64,000 nt of DNA from Eledone cirrhosa (lineage: Eukaryota): the NCBI GenBank assembly GCA_964016885.1, contig CAXHJY010000442.1:62001-126000 (forward strand). The letters are read 5' to 3'. The notes beneath the pieces are model-generated. The model was not told the origin of the DNA. It was given only the letters and a program-made list of their open reading frames with translations, and did not search any database. Position numbers and translations under genes: made by a program. Below, piece by piece: positions 23,401 to 37,900 of the stretch (positions are counted from its first letter, which is position 1; each line of letters opens with the position of its first letter).

Positions 23401-25970
23401 CATGTGCAGACACTCATTGGCTATGTGTGGCGTGAATTTCAGCAAGATATCTCCGTAAAATCAATAGTTGTGGCTGTGGAACCAAACCGTGTTAAACGTC
23501 AACAAAGTCCGCCGGCGAATGGTGTGCTTCGAAGAAAACGAATCCAAAAATGACGATTAGCCGGCGGATTTACCTTTTTAATCGCGGGCCGGCCGCCCGC
23601 GGTCGGATCGATCTGTAATTACTGGTACATGTGCAGATACTCATTGGCTATGTGTGGCGTGAATTTCAGCAAGATATCTCCGTAAAATCAATAGTTGTGG
23701 CTGTGGAACCAAACCGTGTTAAACGTCAACAAAGTCCGCCGGCGAATGGTGTGCTTCGAAGAAAACGAATCCAAAAATGACGATTAGCCGGCGGATTTAC
23801 CTTTTTCATCGCGGGCCGGCCGCCCGTGGTCGGATCGATCTGTAATTACTGGTACATGTGCAGACACTCATTGGCTATGTGTGGCGTGAATTTCAGCAAG
23901 ATATCTCCGTAAAATCAATAGTTGTGGCTGTGGAACCAAACCGTGTTAAACGTCAACAAACTCCGCCGGCGAATGGTGTGCTTCGAAGAAAACGAATCCA
24001 AAAATGACGATTAGCCGGCGGATTTACCTTTTCAATCGCGGGCCGGCCGCCCGTGGTCGGATCGATCTGTAATTACTGGTACATGTGCAGACACTTATTG
24101 GCTATGTGTGGCGTGAATTTCAGCAAGATATCTCCGTAAAATCAATAGTTGTGGCTGTGGAACCAAACCGTGTTAAACGTCAACAAAGTCCGCCGGCGAA
24201 TGGTGTGCTTCGAAGAAAACGAATCCAAAAATGACGATTAGCCGGCGGATTTACCTTTTTAATCGCGGGCCGGCCGCCCGCGGTCGGATCGATCTGTAAT
24301 TACTGGTACATGTGCAGATACTCATTGGCTATGTGTGGCGTGAATTTCAGCAAGATATCTCCGTAAAATCAATAGTTGTGGCTGTGGAACCAAACCGTGT
24401 TAAACCTCAACAAAGTCCGCCGGCGAATGGTGTGCTTCGAAGAAAACGAATCCAAAAATGACGATTAGCCGGCGGATTTACCTTTTCAATCGCGGGCCGG
24501 CCGCCCGTGGTCGGATCGATCTGTAATTACTGGTACATGTGCAGACACTCATTGGCTATGTGTGGCGTGAATTTCAGCAAGATATCTCCGTAAAATCAAT
24601 AGTTGTGGCTGTGGAACCAAACCGTGTTAAACGTCAACAAAGTCCGCCGGCGAATGGTGTGCTTCGAAGAAAACGAATCCAAAAATGACGATTAGCCGGC
24701 GGATTTACCTTTTCAATCGCGGGCCGGCCGCCCGTGGTCGGATCGATCTGTAATTACTGGTACATGTGCAGAGACTTATTGGCTATGTGTGGCGTGAATT
24801 TCAGCAAGATATCTCCGTAAAATCAATAGTTGTGACTGTGGAACCAAACCGTGTTAAACGTCAACAAAGTCCGCCGGCGAATGGTGTGCTTCGAAGAAAA
24901 CGAATCCAAAAATGACGATTAGCCGGCGGATTTACCTTTTTAATCGCGGGCCGGCCGCCCGCGGTCGGATCGATCTGTAATTACTGGTACATGTGCAGAT
25001 ACTCATTGGCTATGTGTGGCGTGAATTTCAGCAAGATATCTCCGTAAAATCAATAGTTGTGGCTGTGGAACCAAACCGTGTTAAACGTCAACAAACTCCG
25101 CCGGCGAATGGTGTGCTTCGAAGAAAACGAATCCAAAAATGACGATTAGCCGGCGGATTTACCTTTTCAATCGCGGGCCGGCCGCCCGTGGTCGGATCGA
25201 TCTGTAATTACTGGTACATGTGCAGACACTCATTGGCTATGTGTGGCGTGAATTTCAGCAAGATATCTCCGTAAAATCAATAGTTGTGGCTGTGGAACCA
25301 AACCGTGTTAAACGTCAACAAAGTCCGCCGGCGAATGGTGTGCTTCGAAGAAAACGAATCCAAAAATGACGATTAGCCGGCGGATTTACCTTTTTAATCG
25401 CGGGCCGGCCGCCCGCGGTCGGATCGATCTGTAATTACTGGTACATGTGCAGATACTCATTGGCTATGTGTGGCGTGAATTTCAGCAAGATATCTCCGTA
25501 AAATCAATAGTTGTGGCTGTGGAACCAAACCGTGTTAAACGTCAACAAAGTCCGCCGGCGAATGGTGTGCTTCGAAGAAAACGAATCCAAAAATGACGAT
25601 TAGCCGGCGGATTTACCTTTTTAATCGCGGGCCGGCCGCCCGCGGTCGGATCGATCTGTAATTACTGGTACATGTGCAGATACTCATTGGCTATGTGTGG
25701 CGTGAATTTCAGCAAGATATCTCCGTAAAATCAATAGTTGTGGCTGTGGAACCAAACCGTGTTAAACGTCAACAAAGTCCGCCGGCGAATGGTGTGCTTC
25801 GAAGAAAACGAATCCAAAAATGACGATTAGCCGGCGGATTTACCTTTTCAATCGCGGGCCGGCCGCCCGTGGTCGGATCGATCTGTAATTACTGGTACAT
25901 GTGCAGACACTCATTGGCTATGTGTGGCGTGAATTTCAGCAAGATATCTCCGTAAAATCAATAGTTGTGG
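17480..25970 (+). repeat. 14-monomer duplication whose second copy contains a further 9-monomer duplication; boundaries approximate
   Basis: TTTTTCAT monomers start at 18388, 21566 and 23609 (offsets 14 and 9 monomers). A92 monomers start at 17480, 20658 and 22701. C117 at 19185/24406 and G30 monomers at 19523/24744 are offset by 23 = 14+9. Confidence 0.75.
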
Positions 25971-26332
25971 CTGTGGAACCAAACCGTGTTAAACGTCAAC
26001 AAAGTCCGCCGGCGAATGGTGTGCTTCGAAGAAAACGAATCCAAAAATGACGATTAGCCGGCGGATTTACCTTTTTAATCGCGGGCCGGCCGCCCGCGGT
26101 CGGATCGATCTGTAATTACTGGTACATGTGCAGACACTCATTGGCTATGTGTGGCGTGAATTTCAGCAAGATATCTCCGTAAAATCAATAGTTGTGGCTG
26201 TGGAACCAAACCGTGTTAAACGTCAACAAAGTCCGCCGGCGAATGGTGTGCTTCGAAGAAAACGAATCCAAAAATGACGATTAGCCGGCGGATTTACCTT
26301 TTCAATCGCGGGCCGGCCGCCCGTGGTCGGAT

Positions 26333-29300
26333 CGATCTGTAATTACTGGTACATGTGCAGAGACTTATTGGCTATGTGTGGCGTGAATTTCAGCAAGATA
26401 TCTCCGTAAAATCAATAGTTGTGACTGTGGAACCAAACCGTGTTAAACGTCAACAAAGTCCGCCGGCGAATGGTGTGCTTCGAAGAAAACGAATCCAAAA
26501 ATGACGATTAGCCGGCGGATTTACCTTTTTAATCGCGGGCCGGCCGCCCGCGGTCGGATCGATCTGTAATTACTGGTACATGTGCAGATACTCATTGGCT
26601 ATGTGTGGCGTGAATTTCAGCAAGATATCTCCGTAAAATCAATAGTTGTGGCTGTGGAACCAAACCGTGTTAAACGTCAACAAAGTCCGCCGGCGAATGG
26701 TGTGCTTCGAAGAAAACGAATCCAAAAATGACGATTAGCCGGCGGATTTACCTTTTTAATCGCGGGCCGGCCGCCCGCGGTCGGATCGATCTGTAATTAC
26801 TGGTACATGTGCAGATACTCATTGGCTATGTGTGGCGTGAATTTCAGCAAGATATCTCCGTAAAATCAATAGTTGTGGCTGTGGAACCAAACCGTGTTAA
26901 ACGTCAACAAACTCCGCCGGCGAATGGTGTGCTTCGAAGAAAACGAATCCAAAAATGACGATTAGCCGGCGGATTTACCTTTTCAATCGCGGGCCGGCCG
27001 CCCGCGGTCGGATCGATCTGTAATTACTGGTACATGTGCAGATACTCATTGGCTATGTGTGGCGTGAATTTCAGCAAGATATCTCCGTAAAATCAATAGT
27101 TGTGACTGTGGAACCAAACCGTGTTAAACGTCAACAAAGTCCGCCGGCGAATGGTGTGCTTCGAAGAAAACGAATCCAAAAATGACGATTAGCCGGCGGA
27201 TTTACCTTTTTAATCGCGGGCCGGCCGCCCGCGGTCGGATCGATCTGTAATTACTGGTACATGTGCAGATACTCATTGGCTATGTGTGGCGTGAATTTCA
27301 GCAAGATATCTCCGTAAAATCAATAGTTGTGGCTGTGGAACCAAACCGTGTTAAACGTCAACAAAGTCCGCCGGCGAATGGTGTGCTTCGAAGAAAACGA
27401 ATCCAAAAATGACGATTAGCCGGCGGATTTACCTTTTTAATCGCGGGCCGGCCGCCCGCGGTCGGATCGATCTGTAATTACTGGTACATGTGCAGATACT
27501 CATTGGCTATGTGTGGCGTGAATTTCAGCAAGATATCTCCGTAAAATCAATAGTTGTGGCTGTGGAACCAAACCGTGTTAAACGTCAACAAACTCCGCCG
27601 GCGAATGGTGTGCTTCGAAGAAAACGAATCCAAAAATGACGATTAGCCGGCGGATTTACCTTTTCAATCGCGGGCCGGCCGCCCGTGGTTGGATCGATCT
27701 GTAATTACTGGTACATGTGCAGACACTCATTGGCTATGTGTGGCGTGAATTTCAGCAAGATATCTCCGTAAAATCAATAGTTGTGGCTGTGGAACCAAAC
27801 CGTGTTAAACGTCAACAAAGTCCGCCGGCGAATGGTGTGCTTCGAAGAAAACGAATCCAAAAATGACGATTAGCCGGCGGATTTACCTTTTTAATCGCGG
27901 GCCGGCCGCCCGCGGTCGGATCGATCTGTAATTACTGGTACATGTGCAGATACTCATTGGCTATGTGTGGCGTGAATTTCAGCAAGATATCTCCGTAAAA
28001 TCAATAGTTGTGGCTGTGGAACCAAACCGTGTTAAACGTCAACAAAGTCCGCCGGCGAATGGTGTGCTTCGAAGAAAACGAATCAAAAAATGACGATTAG
28101 CCGGCGGATTTACCTTTTCCATCGCGGGCCGGCCGCCCGTGGTCGGATCGATCTGTAATTACTGGTACATGTGCAGACACTCATTGGCTATGTGTGGCGT
28201 GAATTTCAGCAAGATATCTCCGTAAAATCAATAGTTGTGGCTGTGGAACCAAACCGTGTTAAACGTCAACAAACTCCGCCGGCGAATGGTGTGCTTCGAA
28301 GAAAACGAATCCAAAAATGACGATTAGCCGGCGGATTTACCTTTTCAATCGCGGGCCGGCCGCCCGTGGTCGGATCGATCTGTAATTACTGGTACATGTG
28401 CAGACACTTATTGGCTATGTGTGGCATGAATTTCAGCAAGATATCTCCGTAAAATCAATAGTTGTGGCTGTGGAACCAAACCGTGTTAAACGTCAACAAA
28501 GTCCGCCGGCGAATGGTGTGCTTCGAAGAAAACGAATCCAAAAATGACGATTAGCCGGCGGATTTACCTTTTTAATCGCGGGCCGGCCGCCCGCGGTCGG
28601 ATCGATCTGTAATTACTGGTACATGTGCAGATACTCATTGGCTATGTGTGGCGTGAATTTCAGCAAGATATCTCCGTAAAATCAATAGTTGTGGCTGTGG
28701 AACCAAACCGTGTTAAACGTCAACAAAGTCCGCCGGCGAATGGTGTGCTTCGAAGAAAACGAATCCAAAAATGACGATTAGCCGGCGGATTTACCTTTTC
28801 AATCGCGGGCCGGCCGCCCGTGGTCGGATCGATCTGTAATTACTGGTACATGTGCAGACACTCATTGCCTATGTGTGGCGTGAATTTCAGCAAGATATCT
28901 CCGTAAAATCAATAGTTGTGGCTGTGGAACCAAACCGTGTTAAACGTCAACAAAGTCCGCCGGCGAATGGTGTGCTTCGAAGAAAACGAATCCAAAAATG
29001 ACGATTAGCCGGCGGATTTACCTTTTTAATCGCGGGCCGGCCGCCCGCGGTCGGATCGATCTGTAATTACTGGTACATGTGCAGATACTCATTGGCTATG
29101 TGTGGCGTGAATTTCAGCAAGATATCTCCGTAAAATCAATAGTTGTGGCTGTGGAACCAAACCGTGTTAAACGTCAACAAAGTCCGCCGGCGAATGGTGT
29201 GCTTCGAAGAAAACGAATCCAAAAATGACGATTAGCCGGCGGATTTACCTTTTTAATCGCGGGCCGGCCGCCCGCGGTCGGATCGATCTGTAATTACTGG

Positions 29301-32300
29301 TACATGTGCAGATACTCATTGGCTATGTGTGGCGTGAATTTCAGCAAGATATCTCCGTAAAATCAATAGTTGTGGCTGTGGAACCAAACCGTGTTAAACG
29401 TCAACAAAGTCCGCCGGCGAATGGTGTGCTTCGAAGAAAACGAATCCAAAAATGACGATTAGCCGGCGGATTTACCTTTTTAATCGCGGGCCGGCCGCCC
29501 GCGGTCGGATCGATCTGTAATTACTGGTACATGTGCAGATACTCATTGGCTATGTGTGGCGTGAATTTCAGCAAGATATCTCCGTAAAATCAATAGTTGT
29601 GGCTGTGGAACCAAACCGTGTTAAACGTCAACAAAGTCCGCCGGCGAATGGTGTGCTTCGAAGAAAACGAATCCAAAAATGACGATTAGCCGGCGGATTT
29701 ACCTTTTCAATCGCGGGCCGGCCGCCCGTGGTCGGATCGATCTGTAATTACTGGTACATGTGCAGACACTCATTGGCTATGTGTGGCGTGAATTTCAGCA
29801 AGATATCTCCGTAAAATCAATAGTTGTGGCTGTGGAACCAAACCGTGTTAAACGTCAACAAAGTCCGCCGGCGAATGGTGTGCTTCGAAGAAAACGAATC
29901 CAAAAATGACGATTAGCCGGCGGATTTACCTTTTTAATCGCGGGCCGGCCGCCCGCGGTCGGATCGATCTGTAATTACTGGTACATGTGCAGACACTCAT
30001 TGGCTATGTGTGGCGTGAATTTCAGCAAGATATCTCCGTAAAATCAATAGTTGTGGCTGTGGAACCAAACCGTGTTAAACGTCAACAAAGTCCGCCGGCG
30101 AATGGTGTGCTTCGAAGAAAACGAATCCAAAAATGACGATTAGCCGGCGGATTTACCTTTTCAATCGCGGGCCGGCCGCCCGTGGTCGGATCGATCTGTA
30201 ATTACTGGTACATGTGCAGAGACTTATTGGCTATGTGTGGCGTGAATTTCAGCAAGATATCTCCGTAAAATCAATAGTTGTGACTGTGGAACCAAACCGT
30301 GTTAAACGTCAACAAAGTCCGCCGGCGAATGGTGTGCTTCGAAGAAAACGAATCCAAAAATGACGATTAGCCGGCGGATTTACCTTTTTAATCGCGGGCC
30401 GGCCGCCCGCGGTCGGATCGATCTGTAATTACTGGTACATGTGCAGATACTCATTGGCTATGTGTGGCGTGAATTTCAGCAAGATATCTCCGTAAAATCA
30501 ATAGTTGTGGCTGTGGAACCAAACCGTGTTAAACGTCAACAAAGTCCGCCGGCGAATGGTGTGCTTCGAAGAAAACGAATCCAAAAATGACGATTAGCCG
30601 GCGGATTTACCTTTTCAATCGCGGGCCGGCCGCCCGTGGTCGGATCGATCTGTAATTACTGGTACATGTGCAGAGACTTATTGGCTATGTGTGGCGTGAA
30701 TTTCAGCAAGATATCTCCGTAAAATCAATAGTTGTGACTGTGGAACCAAACCGTGTTAAACGTCAACAAAGTCCGCCGGCGAATGGTGTGCTTCGAAGAA
30801 AACGAATCCAAAAATGACGATTAGCCGGCGGATTTACCTTTTTAATCGCGGGCCGGCCGCCCGCGGTCGGATCGATCTGTAATTACTGGTACATGTGCAG
30901 ATACTCATTGGCTATGTGTGGCGTGAATTTCAGCAAGATATCTCCGTAAAATCAATAGTTGTGGCTGTGGAACCAAACCGTGTTAAACGTCAACAAAGTC
31001 CGCCGGCGAATGGTGTGCTTCGAAGAAAACGAATCCAAAAATGACGATTAGCCGGCGGATTTACCTTTTTAATCGCGGGCCGGCCGCCCGCGGTCGGATC
31101 GATCTGTAATTACTGGTACATGTGCAGATACTCATTGGCTATGTGTGGCGTGAATTTCAGCAAGATATCTCCGTAAAATCAATAGTTGTGGCTGTGGAAC
31201 CAAACCGTGTTAAACGTCAACAAACTCCGCCGGCGAATGGTGTGCTTCGAAGAAAACGAATCCAAAAATGACGATTAGCCGGCGGATTTACCTTTTCAAT
31301 CGCGGGCCGGCCGCCCGCGGTCGGATCGATCTGTAATTACTGGTACATGTGCAGATACTCATTGGCTATGTGTGGCGTGAATTTCAGCAAGATATCTCCG
31401 TAAAATCAATAGTTGTGACTGTGGAACCAAACCGTGTTAAACGTCAACAAAGTCCGCCGGCGAATGGTGTGCTTCGAAGAAAACGAATCCAAAAATGACG
31501 ATTAGCCGGCGGATTTACCTTTTTAATCGCGGGCCGGCCGCCCGCGGTCGGATCGATCTGTAATTACTGGTACATGTGCAGATACTCATTGGCTATGTGT
31601 GGCGTGAATTTCAGCAAGATATCTCCGTAAAATCAATAGTTGTGGCTGTGGAACCAAACCGTGTTAAACGTCAACAAAGTCCGCCGGCGAATGGTGTGCT
31701 TCGAAGAAAACGAATCCAAAAATGACGATTAGCCGGCGGATTTACCTTTTTAATCGCGGGCCGGCCGCCCGCGGTCGGATCGATCTGTAATTACTGGTAC
31801 ATGTGCAGATACTCATTGGCTATGTGTGGCGTGAATTTCAGCAAGATATCTCCGTAAAATCAATAGTTGTGGCTGTGGAACCAAACCGTGTTAAACGTCA
31901 ACAAACTCCGCCGGCGAATGGTGTGCTTCGAAGAAAACGAATCCAAAAATGACGATTAGCCGGCGGATTTACCTTTTCAATCGCGGGCCGGCCGCCCGTG
32001 GTTGGATCGATCTGTAATTACTGGTACATGTGCAGACACTCATTGGCTATGTGTGGCGTGAATTTCAGCAAGATATCTCCGTAAAATCAATAGTTGTGGC
32101 TGTGGAACCAAACCGTGTTAAACGTCAACAAAGTCCGCCGGCGAATGGTGTGCTTCGAAGAAAACGAATCCAAAAATGACGATTAGCCGGCGGATTTACC
32201 TTTTTAATCGCGGGCCGGCCGCCCGCGGTCGGATCGATCTGTAATTACTGGTACATGTGCAGATACTCATTGGCTATGTGTGGCGTGAATTTCAGCAAGA

Positions 32301-34958
32301 TATCTCCGTAAAATCAATAGTTGTGGCTGTGGAACCAAACCGTGTTAAACGTCAACAAAGTCCGCCGGCGAATGGTGTGCTTCGAAGAAAACGAATCAAA
32401 AAATGACGATTAGCCGGCGGATTTACCTTTTCCATCGCGGGCCGGCCGCCCGTGGTCGGATCGATCTGTAATTACTGGTACATGTGCAGACACTCATTGG
32501 CTATGTGTGGCGTGAATTTCAGCAAGATATCTCCGTAAAATCAATAGTTGTGGCTGTGGAACCAAACCGTGTTAAACGTCAACAAACTCCGCCGGCGAAT
32601 GGTGTGCTTCGAAGAAAACGAATCCAAAAATGACGATTAGCCGGCGGATTTACCTTTTCAATCGCGGGCCGGCCGCCCGTGGTCGGATCGATCTGTAATT
32701 ACTGGTACATGTGCAGACACTTATTGGCTATGTGTGGCGTGAATTTCAGCAAGATATCTCCGTAAAATCAATAGTTGTGGCTGTGGAACCAAACCGTGTT
32801 AAACGTCAACAAAGTCCGCCGGCGAATGGTGTGCTTCGAAGAAAACGAATCCAAAAATGACGATTAGCCGGCGGATTTACCTTTTTAATCGCGGGCCGGC
32901 CGCCCGCGGTCGGATCGATCTGTAATTACTGGTACATGTGCAGATACTCATTGGCTATGTGTGGCGTGAATTTCAGCAAGATATCTCCGTAAAATCAATA
33001 GTTGTGGCTGTGGAACCAAACCGTGTTAAACGTCAACAAAGTCCGCCGGCGAATGGTGTGCTTCGAAGAAAACGAATCCAAAAATGACGATTAGCCGGCG
33101 GATTTACCTTTTCAATCGCGGGCCGGCCGCCCGTGGTCGGATCGATCTGTAATTACTGGTACATGTGCAGACACTCATTGCCTATGTGTGGCGTGAATTT
33201 CAGCAAGATATCTCCGTAAAATCAATAGTTGTGGCTGTGGAACCAAACCGTGTTAAACGTCAACAAAGTCCGCCGGCGAATGGTGTGCTTCGAAGAAAAC
33301 GAATCCAAAAATGACGATTAGCCGGCGGATTTACCTTTTTAATCGCGGGCCGGCCGCCCGCGGTCGGATCGATCTGTAATTACTGGTACATGTGCAGATA
33401 CTCATTGGCTATGTGTGGCGTGAATTTCAGCAAGATATCTCCGTAAAATCAATAGTTGTGGCTGTGGAACCAAACCGTGTTAAACGTCAACAAAGTCCGC
33501 CGGCGAATGGTGTGCTTCGAAGAAAACGAATCCAAAAATGACGATTAGCCGGCGGATTTACCTTTTTAATCGCGGGCCGGCCGCCCGCGGTCGGATCGAT
33601 CTGTAATTACTGGTACATGTGCAGATACTCATTGGCTATGTGTGGCGTGAATTTCAGCAAGATATCTCCGTAAAATCAATAGTTGTGGCTGTGGAACCAA
33701 ACCGTGTTAAACGTCAACAAAGTCCGCCGGCGAATGGTGTGCTTCGAAGAAAACGAATCCAAAAATGACGATTAGCCGGCGGATTTACCTTTTTAATCGC
33801 GGGCCGGCCGCCCGCGGTCGGATCGATCTGTGATTGCTGGTACATGTGCAGATACTCATTGGCTATGTGTGGCGTGAATTTCAGCAAGATATCTCCGTAA
33901 AATCAATAGTTGTGGCTGTGGAACCAAACCGTGTTAAACGTCAACAAAGTCCGCCGGCGAATGGTGTGCTTCGAAGAAAACGAATCCAAAAATGACGATT
34001 AGCCGGCGGATTTACCTTTTCAATCGCGGGCCGGCCGCCCGTGGTCGGATCGATCTGTAATTACTGGTACATGTGCAGACACTCATTGGCTATGTGTGGC
34101 GTGAATTTCAGCAAGATATCTCCGTAAAATCAATAGTTGTGGCTGTGGAACCAAACCGTGTTAAACGTCAACAAAGTCCGCCGGCGAATGGTGTGCTTCG
34201 AAGAAAACGAATCCAAAAATGACGATTAGCCGGCGGATTTACCTTTTTAATCGCGGGCCGGCCGCCCGCGGTCGGATCGATCTGTAATTACTGGTACATG
34301 TGCAGACACTCATTGGCTATGTGTGGCGTGAATTTCAGCAAGATATCTCCGTAAAATCAATAGTTGTGGCTGTGGAACCAAACCGTGTTAAACGTCAACA
34401 AAGTCCGCCGGCGAATGGTGTGCTTCGAAGAAAACGAATCCAAAAATGACGATTAGCCGGCGGATTTACCTTTTCAATCGCGGGCCGGCCGCCCGTGGTC
34501 GGATCGATCTGTAATTACTGGTACATGTGCAGAGACTTATTGGCTATGTGTGGCGTGAATTTCAGCAAGATATCTCCGTAAAATCAATAGTTGTGACTGT
34601 GGAACCAAACCGTGTTAAACGTCAACAAAGTCCGCCGGCGAATGGTGTGCTTCGAAGAAAACGAATCCAAAAATGACGATTAGCCGGCGGATTTACCTTT
34701 TTAATCGCGGGCCGGCCGCCCGCGGTCGGATCGATCTGTAATTACTGGTACATGTGCAGATACTCATTGGCTATGTGTGGCGTGAATTTCAGCAAGATAT
34801 CTCCGTAAAATCAATAGTTGTGGCTGTGGAACCAAACCGTGTTAAACGTCAACAAAGTCCGCCGGCGAATGGTGTGCTTCGAAGAAAACGAATCCAAAAA
34901 TGACGATTAGCCGGCGGATTTACCTTTTTAATCGCGGGCCGGCCGCCCGCGGTCGGAT
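26333..34958 (+). repeat. Tandem duplication of a 19-monomer block (4313 bp x 2)
   Basis: Private T223 at 27690/32003, A164 at 28085/32398, recombinant C198-C219 monomers at 26787/31100, G30 monomers at 26333/30646 and 30192/34505. Confidence 0.88.
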
Positions 34959-37900
34959 CGATCTGTAATTACTGGTACATGTGCAGATACTCATTGGCTA
35001 TGTGTGGCGTGAATTTCAGCAAGATATCTCCGTAAAATCAATAGTTGTGGCTGTGGAACCAAACCGTGTTAAACGTCAACAAACTCCGCCGGCGAATGGT
35101 GTGCTTCGAAGAAAACGAATCCAAAAATGACGATTAGCCGGCGGATTTACCTTTTCAATCGCGGGCCGGCCGCCCGCGGTCGGATCGATCTGTAATTACT
35201 GGTACATGTGCAGATACTCATTGGCTATGTGTGGCGTGAATTTCAGCAAGATATCTCCGTAAAATCAATAGTTGTGGCTGTGGAACCAAACCGTGTTAAA
35301 CGTCAACAAAGTCCGCCGGCGAATGGTGTGCTTCGAAGAAAACGAATCCAAAAATGACGATTAGCCGGCGGATTTACCTTTTTAATCGCGGGCCGGCCGC
35401 CCGCGGTCGGATCGATCTGTAATTACTGGTACATGTGCAGATACTCATTGGCTATGTGTGGCGTGAATTTCAGCAAGATATCTCCGTAAAATCAATAGTT
35501 GTGGCTGTGGAACCAAACCGTGTTAAACGTCAACAAAGTCCGCCGGCGAATGGTGTGCTTCGAAGAAAACGAATCCAAAAATGACGATTAGCCGGCGGAT
35601 TTACCTTTTCAATCGCGGGCCGGCCGCCCGTGGTCGGATCGATCTGTAATTACTGGTACATGTGCAGACACTCATTGGCTATGTGTGGCGTGAATTTCAG
35701 CAAGATATCTCCGTAAAATCAATAGTTGTGGCTGTGGAACCAAACCGTGTTAAACGTCAACAAAGTCCGCCGGCGAATGGTGTGCTTCGAAGAAAACGAA
35801 TCCAAAAATGACGATTAGCCGGCGGATTTACCTTTTTAATCGCGGGCCGGCCGCCCGCGGTCGGATCGATCTGTAATTACTGGTACATGTGCAGACACTC
35901 ATTGGCTATGTGTGGCGTGAATTTCAGCAAGATATCTCCGTAAAATCAATAGTTGTGGCTGTGGAACCAAACCGTGTTAAACGTCAACAAAGTCCGCCGG
36001 CGAATGGTGTGCTTCGAAGAAAACGAATCCAAAAATGACGATTAGCCGGCGGATTTACCTTTTCAATCGCGGGCCGGCCGCCCGTGGTCGGATCGATCTG
36101 TAATTACTTGTACATGTGCAGAGACTTATTGGCTATGTGTGGCGTGAATTTCAGCAAGATATCTCCGTAAAATCAATAGTTGTGACTGTGGAACCAAACC
36201 GTGTTAAACGTCAACAAAGTCCGCCGGCGAATGGTGTGCTTCGAAGAAAACGAATCCAAAAATGACGATTAGCCGGCGGATTTACCTTTTTAATCGCGGG
36301 CCGGCCGCCCGCGGTCGGATCGATCTGTAATTACTGGTACATGTGCAGATACTCATTGGCTATGTGTGGCGTGAATTTCAGCAAGATATCTCCGTAAAAT
36401 CAATAGTTGTGGCTGTGGAACCAAACCGTGTTAAACGTCAACAAAGTCCGCCGGCGAATGGTGTGCTTCGAAGAAAACGAATCCAAAAATGACGATTAGC
36501 CGGCGGATTTACCTTTTTAATCGCGGGCCGGCCGCCCGCGGTCGGATCGATCTGTAATTACTGGTACATGTGCAGATACTCATTGGCTATGTGTGGCGTG
36601 AATTTCAGCAAGATATCTCCGTAAAATCAATAGTTGTGGCTGTGGAACCAAACCGTGTTAAACGTCAACAAACTCCGCCGGCGAATGGTGTGCTTCGAAG
36701 AAAACGAATCCAAAAATGACGATTAGCCGGCGGATTTACCTTTTCAATCGCGGGCCGGCCGCCCGTGGTCGGATCGATCTGTAATTACTGGTACATGTGC
36801 AGACACTCATTGGCTATGTGTGGCGTGAATTTCAGCAAGATATCTCCGTAAAATCAATAGTTGTGGCTGTGGAACCAAACCGTGTTAAACGTCAACAAAG
36901 TCCGCCGGCGAATGGTGTGCTTCGAAGAAAACGAATCCAAAAATGACGATTAGCCGGCGGATTTACCTTTTTAATCGCGGGCCGGCCGCCCGCGGTCGGA
37001 TCGATCTGTAATTACTGGTACATGTGCAGATACTCATTGGCTATGTGTGGCGTGAATTTCAGCAAGATATCTCCGTAAAATCAATAGTTGTGGCTGTGGA
37101 ACCAAACCGTGTTAAACGTCAACAAAGTCCGCCGGCGAATGGTGTGCTTCGAAGAAAACGAATCAAAAAATGACGATTAGCCGGCGGATTTACCTTTTCC
37201 ATCGCGGGCCGGCCGCCCGTGGTCGGATCGATCTGTAATTACTGGTACATGTGCAGACACTCATTGGCTATGTGTGGCGTGAATTTCAGCAAGATATCTC
37301 CGTAAAATCAATAGTTGTGGCTGTGGAACCAAACCGTGTTAAACGTCAACAAACTCCGCCGGCGAATGGTGTGCTTCGAAGAAAACGAATCCAAAAATGA
37401 CGATTAGCCGGCGGATTTACCTTTTCAATCGCGGGCCGGCCGCCCGTGGTCGGATCGATCTGTAATTACTGGTACATGTGCAGACACTTATTGGCTATGT
37501 GTGGCGTGAATTTCAGCAAGATATCTCCGTAAAATCAATAGTTGTGGCTGTGGAACCAAACCGTGTTAAACGTCAACAAAGTCCGCCGGCGAATGGTGTG
37601 CTTCGAAGAAAACGAATCCAAAAATGACGATTAGCCGGCGGATTTACCTTTTTAATCGCGGGCCGGCCGCCCGCGGTCGGATCGATCTGTAATTACTGGT
37701 ACATGTGCAGATACTCATTGGCTATGTGTGGCGTGAATTTCAGCAAGATATCTCCGTAAAATCAATAGTTGTGGCTGTGGAACCAAACCGTGTTAAACGT
37801 CAACAAAGTCCGCCGGCGAATGGTGTGCTTCGAAGAAAACGAATCCAAAAATGACGATTAGCCGGCGGATTTACCTTTTTAATCGCGGGCCGGCCGCCCG

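Noticed and set aside
33832-33836. Double substitution GTAATTAC>GTGATTGC in one monomer
   Set aside because: It is a single occurrence and cannot be distinguished from a consensus error or one complex mutation.
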